Source of the DNA: Auanema rhodensis
Lineage: Eukaryota; Animalia; Nematoda
Assembly: GCA_964057225.1 (NCBI GenBank)
Contig: OZ059900.1
Coordinates: forward strand, 23,994,001-24,058,000
Reading direction: 5' to 3'
Length of the DNA stretch: 64,000 nt
The first letter of the stretch is position 1. Every line of letters begins with the position of its first letter. Shown here one piece after another: positions 28,201 to 40,000 of this stretch. The notes under the pieces are model-generated. The model made no database searches. It was given only the letters and a program-made list of their open reading frames with translations, and was not told the origin of the DNA. Both the position numbers and the translations under genes were made by a program.

Positions 28201-31200
28201 AAAAATCGATTTAATCAATATTAGCCATAAGGGGCGTGCCCTCAGAATATGCTAATTTCCTTAATTTTCTAACCCCTGTTTTTTTGTCGTGAAAGTGGAA
28301 CTAGACGTTGTACGAACAATTTTGAGCTAGGTTTCATTGACATTGCATGAGTTTGAACACATGAAATCGTAAGTCAAAACCTTGTTTACAGCGAAATTTC
28401 CAAAAACTGGTTTTCCAGCATAATAAAATATTTCTCATGGGAAATACTGTGTTTTTGTATTCTTCTAGTGTTCAGCATGTAAAATGCTTCATTTTAGTAT
28501 GTAACACGCTGAAATTCGTTGCATTTGACGACTTATATGAACAAAAATCGATTTAATCAATATTAGCCATAAGGGGCGTGCCCTCAGAATATGCTAATTT
28601 CCTTAATTTTCTAACCCCTGTTTTTTGTCGTGAAAGTGGAACTAGACGTTGTACGAACAATTTTGAGCTAGGTTTCATTGACATTGCATGAGTTTGAACA
28701 CATGAAATCGTAAGTCAAAACCTTGTTTACAGCGAAATTTCCAAAAACTGGTTTTCCAGCATAATAAAATATTTCTCATGGGAAATACTGTGTTTTTGTT
28801 TTTTTCTAGTGTTCAGCATGTAAAATGCTTCATTTTAGTATGTAACACGCTGAAATTCGTTGCATTTGACGACTCATATGAACAAAAATCGATTTAATCA
28901 ATATTAGCCATAAGGGGCGTGCCCTCAGAATATGCTAATTTCCTTAATTTTCTAACCCCTGTTTTTTTGTCGTGAAAGTGGAACTAGACGTTTTACGAAC
29001 AATTTTCAGCTAGGTTTCATTGACATTGCATGAGTTTGAACACATGAAATCGTAAGTCAAAACCTTGTTTACAGCGAAATTTCCAAAAACTGGTTTTCCA
29101 GCATAATAAAATATTTCTCATGGGAAATACTGTGTTTTTGTATTCTTCTAGTGTTCAGCATGTAAAATGCTTCATTTTAGTATGTAACACGCTGAAATTC
29201 GTTGCATTTGACGACTCATATGAACAAAAATCGATTTAATCAATATTAGCCATAAGGGGCGTGCCCTCAGAATATGCTAATTTCCTTAATTTTCTAACCC
29301 CTGTTTTTTTGTCGTGAAAGTGGAACTAGACGTTGTACGAACAATTTTGAGCTAGGTTTCATTGACATTGCATGAGTTTGAACACATGAAATCGTAAGTC
29401 AAAACCTTGTTTACAGCGAAATTTCCAAAAACTGGTTTTCCAGCATAATAAAATATTTCTCATGGGAAATACTGTGTTTTTGTATTTTTCTAGTGTTCAG
29501 CATGTAAAATGCTTCATTTTAGTATGTAACACGCTGAAATTCGTTGCATTTGACGACTCATATGAACAAAAATCGATTTAATCAATATTAGCCATAAGGG
29601 GCGTGCCCTCAGAATATGCTAATTTCCTTAAAATTCTAACCCCTGTTTTTTGTCGTGAAAGTGGAACTAGACGTTGTACGAACAATTTTGAGCTAGGTTT
29701 CATTGACATTGCATGAGTTTGAACACATGAAATCGTAAGTCAAAACCTTGTTTACAGCGAAATTTCCAAAAACTGGTTTTCCAGCATAATAAAATATTTC
29801 TCATGGGAAATACTGTGTTTTTGTATTTTTCTAGTGTTCAGCATGTAAAATGCTTCATTTTAGTATGTAACACGCTGAAATTCGTTGCATTTGACGACTC
29901 ATATGAACAAAAATCGATTTAATCAATATTAGCCATAAGGGGCGTGCCCTCAGAATATGCTAATTTCCTTAATTTTCTAACCCCTGTTTTTTTGTCGTGA
30001 AAGTGGAACTAGACGTTGTACGAACAATTTTCAGCTAGGTTTCATTGACATTGCATGAGTTTGAACACATGAAATCGTAAGTCAAAACCTTGTTTACAGC
30101 GAAATTTCCAAAAACTGGTTTTCCAGCATAATAAAATATTTCTCATGGGAAATACTGTGTTTTTGTATTCTTCTAGTGTTCAGCATGTAAAATGCTTCAT
30201 TTTAGTATGTAACACGCTGAAATTCGTTGCATTTGACGACTCATATGAACAAAAATCGATTTAATCAATATTAGCCATAAGGGGCGTGCCCTCAGAATAT
30301 GCTAATTTCCTTAATTTTCTAACCCCTGTTTTTTTGTCGTGAAAGTGGAACTAGACGTTGTACGAACAATTTTGAGCTAGGTTTCATTGACATTGCATGA
30401 GTTTGAACACATGAAATCGTAAGTCAAAACCTTGTTTACAGCGAAATTTCCAAAAACTGGTTTTCCAGCATAATAAAATATTTCTCATGGGAAATACTGT
30501 GTTTTTGTATTTTTCTAGTGTTCAACATGTAAAATGGTTCATTTTAGTATGTAACACGCTGAAATTCGTTGCATTTGACGACTCATATGAACAAAAATCG
30601 ATTTAATCAATATTAGCCATAAGGGGCGTGCCCTCAGAATATGCTAATTTCCTTAATTTTCTAACCCTTGTTTTTTTGTCGTGAAAGTGGAACTAGACGT
30701 TGTACGAACAATTTTGAGCTAGGTTTCATTGACATTGCATGAGTTTGAACACATGAAATCGTAAGTCAAAACCTTGTTTACAGCGAAATTTCCAAAAACT
30801 GGTTTTCCAGCATAATAAAATATTTCTCATGGGAAATACTGTGTTTTTGTATTTTTCTAGTGTTCAGCATGTAAAATGCTTCATTTTAGTATGTAACACG
30901 CTGAAATTCGTTGCATTTGACGACTCATATGAACAAAAATCGATTTAATCAATATTAGCCATAAGGGGCGTGCCCTCAGAATATGCTAATTTCCTTAATT
31001 TTCTAACCCCTGTTTTTTTGTCGTGAAAGTGGAACTAGACGTTGTACGAACAATTTTGAGCTAGGTCTCATTGACATTGCATGAGTTTGAACACATGAAA
31101 TCGTAAGTCAAAACCTTGTTTACAGCGAAATTTCCAAAAACTGGTTTTCCAGCATAATAAAATATTTCTCATGGGAAATACTGTGTTTTTGTATTTTTCT

Positions 31201-34200
31201 AGTGTTCAGCATGTAAAATGGTTCATTTTAGTATGTAACACGCTGAAATTCGTTGCATTTGACGACTCATATGAACAAAAATCGATTTAATCAATATTAG
31301 CCATAAGGGGCGTGCCCTCAGAATATGCTAATTTCCTTAATTTTCTAACCCCTGTTTTTTTGTCGTGAAAGTGGAACTAGACGTTGTACGAACAATTTTG
31401 AGCTAGGTTTCATTGACATTGCATGAGTTTGAACACATGAAATCGTAAGTCAAAACCTTGTTTACAGCGAAATTTCCAAAAACTGGTTTTCCAGCATAAT
31501 AAAATATTTCTCATGGGAAATACTGTGTTTTTGTATTTTTCTAGTGTTCAGCATGTAAAATGCTTCATTTTAGTATGTAACACGCTGAAATTCGTTGCAT
31601 TTGACGACTCATATGAACAAAAATCGATTTAATCAATATTAGCCATAAGGGGCGTGCCCTCAGAATATGCTAATTTCCTTAATTTTCTGACCCCTGTTTT
31701 TTTGTCGTGAAAGTGGAACTAGACGTTGTACGAACAATTTTGAGCTAGGTTTCATTGACATTGCATGAGTTTGAACACATGAAATCGTAAGTCAAAACCT
31801 TGTTTACAGCGAAATTTCCAAAAACTGGTTTTCCAGCATAATGAAATATTTCTCATGGGAAATACTGTGTTTTTGTATTTTTCTAGTGTTCAGCATGTAA
31901 AATGCTTCATTTTAGTATGTAACACGCTGAAATTCGTTGCATTTGACGACTCATATGAACAAAAATCGATTTAATCAATATTAGCCATAAGGGGCGTGCC
32001 CTAAGAATATGCTAATTTCCTTAATTTTCTAACCCCTGTTTTTTTGTCGTGAAAGTGGAACTAGACGTTGTACGAACAATTTTGAGCTAGGTTTCATTGA
32101 CATTGCATGAGTTTGAACACATGAAATCGTAAGTCAAAACCTTGTTTACAGCGAAATTTCCAAAAACTGGTTTTCCAGCATAATAAAATATTTCTCATGG
32201 GAAATACTGTGTTTTTGTATTTTTCTAGTGTTCAGCATGTAAAATGCTTCATTTTAGTATGTAACACGCTGAAATTCGTTGCATTTGACGACTCATATGA
32301 ACAAAAATCGATTTAATCAATATTAGCCATAAGGGGCGTGCCCTCAGAATATGCTAATTTCCTTAATTTTCTAACCCCTGTTTTTTTGTCGTGAAAGTGG
32401 AACTAGACGTTGTACGAACAATTTTGAGCTAGGTTTCATTGACATTGCATGAGTTTGAACACATGAAATCGTAAGTCAAAACCTTGTTTACAGCGAAATT
32501 TCCAAAAACTGGTTTTCCAGCATAATAAAATATTTCTCATGGGAAATACTGTGTTTTTGTATTTTTCTAGTGTTCAGCATGTAAAATGGTTCATTTTAGT
32601 ATGTAACACGCTGAAATTCGTTGCATTTGACGACTCATATGAACAAAAATCGATTTAATCAATATTAGCCATAAAGGGCGTGCCCTCAGAATATGCTAAT
32701 TTCCTTAATTTTCTAACCCCTGTTTTTTTGTCGTGAAAGTGGAACTAGACGTTGTACGAACAATTTTGAGCTAGGTTTCATTGACATTGCATGAGTTTGA
32801 ACACATGAAATCGTAAGTCAAAACCTTGTTTACAGCGAAATTTCCAAAAACTGGTTTTCCAGCATAATAAAATATTTCTCATGGGAAATACTGTGTTTTT
32901 GTATTTTTCTAGTGTTCAGCATGTAAAATGCTTCATTTTAGTATGTAACACGCTGAAATTCGTTGCATTTGACGACTCATATGAACAAAAATCGATTTAA
33001 TCAATATTAGCCATAAGGGGCGTGCCCTCAGAATATGCTAATTTCCTTAATTTTCTGACCCCTGTTTTTTTGTCGTGAAAGTGGAACTAGACGTTGTACG
33101 AACAATTTTGAGCTAGGTTTCATTGACATTGCATGAGTTTGAACACATGAAATCGTAAGTCAAAACCTTGTTTACAGCGAAATTTCCAAAAACTGGTTTT
33201 CCAGCATAATAAAATATTTCTCATGGGAAATACTGTGTTTTTGTATTTTTCTAGTGTTCAGCATGTAAAATGCTTCATTTTAGTATGTAACACGCTGAAA
33301 TTCGTTGCATTTGACGACTCATATGAACAAAAATCGATTTAATCAATATTAGCCATAAGGGGCGTGCCCTCAGAATATGCTAATTTCCTTAATTTTCTAA
33401 CCCCTGTTTTTTTGTCGTGAAAGTGGAACTAGACGTTGTACGAACAATTTTGAGCTAGGTTTCATTGACATTGCATGAGTTTGAACACATGAAATCGTAA
33501 GTCAAAACCTTGTTTACAGCGAAATTTCCAAAAACTGGTTTTCCAGCATAATAAAATATTTCTCATGGGAAATACTGTGTTTTTGTATTTTTCTAGTGTT
33601 CAGCATGTAAAATGCTTCATTTTAGTATGTAACACGCTGAAATTCGTTGCATTTGACGACTCATATGAACAAAAATCGATTTAATCAATATTAGCCATAA
33701 GGGGCGTGCCCTCAGAATATGCTAATTTCCTTAATTTTCTAACCCCTGTTTTTTTGTCGTGAAAGTGGAACTAGACGTTGTACGAACAATTTTGAGCTAG
33801 GTTTCATTGACATTGCATGAGTTTGAACACATGAAATCGTAAGTCAAAACCTTGTTTACAGCGAAATTTCCAAAAACTGGTTTTCCAGCATAATAAAATA
33901 TTTCTCATGGGAAATACTGTGTTTTTGTATTTTTCTAGTGTTCAGCATGTAAAATGCTTCATTTTAGTATGTAACACGCTGAAATTCGTTGCATTTGACG
34001 ACTCATATGAACAAAAATCGATTTAATCAATATTAGCCATAAGGGGCGTGCCCTCAGAATATGCTAATTTCCTTAATTTTCTAACCCCTGTTTTTTTGTC
34101 GTGAAAGTGGAACTAGACGTTGTACGAACAATTTTGAGCTAGGTTTCATTGACATTGCATGAGTTTGAACACATGAAATCGTAAGTCAAAACCTTGTTTA

Positions 34201-37035
34201 CAGCGAAATTTCCAAAAACTGGTTTTCCAGCATAATAAAATATTTCTCATGGGAAATACTGTGTTTTTGTATTTTTCTAGTGTTCAGCATGTAAAATGCT
34301 TCATTTTAGTATGTAACACGCTGAAATTCGTTGCATTTGACGACTCATATGAACAAAAATCGATTTAATCAATATTAGCCATAAGGGGCGTGCCCTCAGA
34401 ATATGCTAACTTCCTTAATTTTCTAACCCCTGTTTTTTTGACGTGAAAGTGGAACTAGACGTTGTACGAACAATTTTGAGCTAGGTTTCATTGACATTGC
34501 ATGAGTTTGAACACATGAAATCGTAAGTCAAAACCTTGTTTACAGCGAAATTTCCAAAAACTGGTTTTCCAGCATAATAAAATATTTCTCATGGGAAATA
34601 CTGTGTTTTTGTATTTTTCTAGTGTTCAGCATGTAAAATGCTTCATTTTAGTATGTAACACGCTGAAATTCGTTGCATTTGACGACTCATATGAACAAAA
34701 ATCGATTTAATCAATATTAGCTATAAGGGGCGTGCCCTCAGAATATGCTAATTTCCTTAATTTTCTAACCCCTGTTTTTTTGTCGTGAAAGTGGAACTAG
34801 ACGTTGTACGAACAATTTTGAGCTAAGTTTCATTGACATTGCATGAGTTTGAACACATGAAATCGTAAGTCAAATCCTTGTTTACAGCGAAATTTCCAAA
34901 AACTGGTTTTCCAGCATAATAAAATATTTCTCATGGGAAATACTGTGTTTTTGTTTTTTTCTAGTGTTCAGCATGTAAAATGCTTCATTTTGGTATGTAA
35001 CACGCTGGAATTCGTTGCATTTGACGACTCATATGAACAAAAATCGATTTAATCAATATTAGCCATAAGGGGCGTGCCCTCAGAATATGCTAATTTCCTT
35101 AATTTTCTAACCCCTGTTTTTTTGTCGTGAAAGTGGAACTAGACGTTGTACGAACAATTTTGAGCTAGGTTTCATTGACATTGCATGAGTTTGAACACAT
35201 GAAATCGTAAGTCAAAACCTTGTTTACAGCGAAATTTCCAAAAACTGGTTTTCCAGCATAATAAAATATTTCTCATGGGAAATACTGTGTTTTTGTATTT
35301 TTCTAGTGTTCAGCATGTAAAATGCTTCATTTTAGTATGTAACACGCTGAAATTCGTTGCATTTGACGACTCATATGAACAAAAATCGATTTAATCAATA
35401 TTAGCCATAAGGGGCGTGCCCTTAGAATATGCTAATTTCCTTAATTTTCTAACCCCTGTTTTTTTGTCGTGAAAGTGGAACTAGGCGTTGTACGAACAAT
35501 TTTGAGCTAGGTTTCATTGACATTGCATGAGTTTGAACACATGAAATCGTAAGTGAAAACCTTGTTTACAGCGAAATTTCCAAAAACTGGTTTTCCAGCA
35601 TAATAAAATATTTCTCATGGGAAATACTGTGTTTTTGTATTTTTCTAGTGTTCAGCATGTAAAATGCTTCATTTTGGTATGTAACACGCTGAAATTCGTT
35701 GCATTTGACGACTCATATGAACAAAAATCGATTTAATCAATATTAGCCATAAGGGGCGTGCCCTCAGAATATGCTAATTTCCTTAATTTTCTAACCCCTG
35801 TTTTTTTGTCGTGAAAGTGGAACTAGACGTTGTACGAACAATTTTGAGCTAGGTTTCATTGACATTGCATGAGTTTGAACACATGAAATCGTAAGTCAAA
35901 ACCTTGTTTACAGCGAAATTTCCAAAAACTGGTTTTCCAGCATAATAAAATATTTCTCATGGGAAATACTGTGTTTTTGTATTTTTCTAGTGTTCAGCAT
36001 GTAAAATGCTTCATTTTAGTATGTAACACGCTGAAATTCGTTGCATTTGACGACTCATATGAACAAAAATCGATTTAATCAATATTAGCCATAAGGGGCG
36101 TGCCCTCAGAATATGCTAATTTCCTTAATTTTCTAACCCCTGTTTTTTTGTCGTGAAAGTGGAACTAGGCGTTGTACGAACAATTTTGAGCTAGGTTTCA
36201 TTGACATTGCATGAGTTTGAACACATGAAATCGTAAGTGAAAACCTTGTTTACAGCGAAATTTCCAAAAACTGGTTTTCCAGCATAATAAAATATTTCTC
36301 ATGGGAAATACTGTGTTTTTGTATTTTTCTAGTGTTCAGCATGTAAAATGCTTCATTTTAGTATGTAACACGCTGAAATTCGTTGCATTTGACGACTCAT
36401 ATGAACAAAAATCGATTTAATCAATATTAGCCATAAGGGGCGTGCCCTCAGAATATGCTAACTTCCTTAATTTTCTAACCCCTGTTTTTTTGTCGTGAAA
36501 GTGGAACTAGACGTTGTACGAACAATTTTGAGCTAGGTTTCATTGACATTGCATGAGTTTGAACACATGAAATCGTAAGTCAAAACCTTGTTTACAGCGA
36601 AATTTCCAAAAACTGGTTTTCCAGCATAATAAAATATTTCTCATGGGAAATACTGTGTTTTTGTATTTTTCTAGTGTTCAGCATGTAAAATGCTTCATTT
36701 TAGTATGTAACACGCTGAAATTCGTTGCATTTGACGACTCATATGAACAAAAATCGATTTAATCAATATTAGCTATAAGGGGCGTGCCCTCAGAATATGC
36801 TAATTTCCTTAATTTTCTAACCCCTGTTTTTTTGTCGTGAAAGTGGAACTAGACGTTGTACGAACAATTTTGAGCTAAGTTTCATTGACATTGCATGAGT
36901 TTGAACACATGAAATCGTAAGTCAAATCCTTGTTTACAGCGAAATTTCCAAAAACTGGTTTTCCAGCATAATAAAATATTTCTCATGGGAAATACTGTGT
37001 TTTTGTTTTTTTCTAGTGTTCAGCATGTAAAATGC

Positions 37036-37039
37036 TTCA
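37036..37039. other. Direct satellite A / satellite B junction with TTCA microhomology
   Basis: The junction reads CAGCATGTAAAATGC-TTCA-GAGCCTGCAC. A normally continues ...ATGC-TTCA-TTTTAG, and B is normally preceded by ...AAAAACT-TTCA-GAGCC. There are no filler bases. Confidence 0.95.
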
Positions 37040-40000
37040 GAGCCTGCACTGATAATATAATTGGAAACAGGCAGTACGCAATACGCAAACATTTGAATGA
37101 CAGCTTTATTACAATACGACTTAGTTTACTCAATTATATCAAGCTTCATGAACACGGACTGCTTGTGTAATATATAATAGCAATAATAGTTTCGTTTCTG
37201 TTTTTAATTAACTTTCCTGTACGCGAGTTATAATATTTAGAACGTGATTCCTTGATTATGAAAAACTTTCAGAGCCTGCACTGATAATATAATTGGAAAC
37301 AGGCAGTACGCAATACGCAAACATTTGAATGACAGCTTTATTACAATACGACTTAGTTTACTCAATTATATCAAGCTTCATGAACACGGACTGCTTGTGT
37401 AATATATAATAGCAATAATAGTTTCGTTTCTGTTTTTAATTAACTTTCCAGTACGCGAGTTATAATATTTAGAACGTGATTCCTTGATTATGAAAAACTT
37501 TCAGAGCCTGCACTGATAATATAATTGGAAACAGGCAGTACGCAATACGCAAACATTTGAATGACAGCTTTATTACAATACGACTTAGTTTACTCAATCA
37601 TACCAATCTTCATGAACACGGACTGTTTGTGTAATAGATAATAGCAATAATAGTTTCGTTTCTGTTTTTAATTAACTTTCCTGTACGCGAGTTATAATAT
37701 TTAGAACGTGATTCCTTGATTATGAAAAATTTTTAGAGCCTGCACTGATAATATAACTGGAAACAGGCAGTACGCGATACGCAAATATTTGAATGACAGC
37801 TTTATTACAATACGACTTAGTTTACTCAATTATATCAAGCTTCATGAACACGGACTGCTTGTGTAATATATAATAGCAATAATAGTTTCGTTTCTGTTTT
37901 TAATTAACTTTCCTGTACGCGAGTTATAATATTTAGAACGTGATTCCTTGATTATGAAAAACTTTCAGAGCCTGCACTGATAATATAATTGGACACAGGC
38001 AGTACGCAATACGCAAACATTTGAATGACAGCTTTATTACAATACGACTTAGTTTACTCAATTATATCAAGCTTCATGAACACGGACTGCTTGTGTAATA
38101 TATAATAGCAATAATAGTTTCGTTTCTGTTTTTAATTAACTTTCCTGTACGCGAGTTATAATATTTAGAACGTGATTCCTTGATTATGAAAAACTTTCAG
38201 AGCCTGCACTGATAATATAATTGGAAACAGGCAGTACGCAATACGCAAACATTTGAATGACAGCTTTATTACAATACGACTTAGTTTACTCAATTATATC
38301 AAGCTTCATGAACACGGACTGCTTGTGTAATATATAATAGCAATAATAGTTTCGTTTCTGTTTTTAATTAACTTTCCTGTACGCGAGTTATAATATTTAG
38401 AACGTGATTCCTTGATTATGAAAAATTTTTAGAGCCTGCACTGATAATATAACTGGAAACAGGCAGTACGCGATACGCAAATATTTGAATGACAGCTTTA
38501 CTACAATACGACTTAGTTTACTCAATTATATCAAGCTTCATGAACACGGACTGCTTGTGTAATATATAATAGCAATAATAGTTTCGTTTCTGTTTTTAAT
38601 TAACTTTCCTGTACGCGAGTTATAATATTTAGAACGTGATTCCTTGATTATGAAAAACTTTCAGAGCCTGCACTGATAATATAATTGGAAACAGGCAGTA
38701 CGCAATACGCAAACATTTGAATGACAGCTTTAATACAATACGACTTAGCTTACTCAATCATATCAAGCTTCATGAACAGGGACTGTTTGTGTAATAGATG
38801 ATAGCAATGATAGTTTCGTTTCTTTTTTTAATTAACTTTCCAGTACGCGAGTTATCATATTTAGAACGCGATTGCTTCATAATGAAAAATGTTTAGAGCC
38901 TGCACTGATAATATAACTGGCAACAGGCAATACGCAAACATTTGAATGACAGCTTTATTACAATACGACTTAGTTTACTCAATCATACCAATCTTCATGA
39001 ACACGGACTGTTTGTGTAATAGATAATAGCAATAATAGTTTCGTTTCTGTTTTTAATTAACTTTCCTGTACGCGAGTTATAATATTTAGAACGTGATTCC
39101 TTGATTATGAAAAATTTTTAGAGCCTGCACTGATAATATAACTGGAAACAGGCAGTACGCGATACGCAAATATTTGAATGACAGCTTTATTACAATACGA
39201 CTTAGTTTACTCAATTATATCAAGCTTCATGAACACGGACTGCTTGTTTAATATATAATAGCAATAATAGTTTCGTTTCTGTTTTTAATTAACTTTCCTG
39301 TACGCGAGTTATAATATTTAGAACGTGATTCCTTGATTATGAAAAACTTTCAGAGCCTGCACTGATAATATAATTGGAAACAGGCAGTACGCAATACGCA
39401 AACATTTGAATGACAGCTTTATTACAATACGACTTAGTTTACTCAATTATATCAAGCTTCATGAACACGGACTGCTTGTGTAATATATAATAGCAATAAT
39501 AGTTTCGTTTCTGTTTTTAATTAACTTTCCAGTACGCGAGTTATAATATTTAGAACGTGATTCCTTGATTATGAAAAACTTTCAGAGCCTGCACTGATAA
39601 TATAATTGGAAACAGGCAGTACGCAATACGCAAACATTTGAATGACAGCTTTATTACAATACGACTTAGTTTACTCAATCATACCAATCTTCATGAACAC
39701 GGACTGTTTGTGTAATAGATAATAGCAATAATAGTTTCGTTTCTGTTTTTAATTAACTTTCCTGTACGCGAGTTATAATATTTAGAACGTGATTCCTTGA
39801 TTATGAAAAATTTTTAGAGCCTGCACTGATAATATAACTGGAAACAGGCAGTACGCGATACGCAAATATTTGAATGACAGCTTTATTACAATACGACTTA
39901 GTTTACTCAATTATATCAAGCTTCATGAACACGGACTGCTTGTGTAATATATAATAGCAATAATAGTTTCGTTTCTGTTTTTAATTAACTTTCCTGTACG

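Larger units (their letters stand above)
1..37039. repeat. Satellite A: 342-bp AT-rich tandem repeat array, 108 full monomers plus a 113-bp partial, open at the left window edge
   Basis: The unit ACCTTGTTTACAGCGAAATTTCC...GAAATCGTAAGTCAAA recurs at 1, 342, 684, 1026 ... 36585, 36927. Ten monomers are 341 bp (T7 tract shortened to T6). All copies have one orientation. Consensus GC is 116/342 by manual count. Confidence 0.99.

Noticed and set aside
1-37039. Identification as primate alpha satellite (2 x 171 bp) or any named satellite or species
   Set aside because: Only the length coincides. I recognise no alpha-satellite sequence and cannot name the family without a database search.
36985-37170. 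61-aa plus-strand ORF spanning the A/B junction
   Set aside because: It is a chance read-through from an ATG present in every A monomer into B sequence, with no supporting gene features.
37133-37177. Possible conserved RNA stem in B (ATTATAT-CAAGC...GCTTG...ATATAAT) with co-varying arms
   Set aside because: The linked variant (CAATC...GTTTG) breaks pairing rather than compensating, so the co-variation reflects haplotype linkage.
37039-37270. TATAAT / TATA-like promoter motifs in B
   Set aside because: These are expected by chance in 68% AT sequence, and there is no downstream gene.
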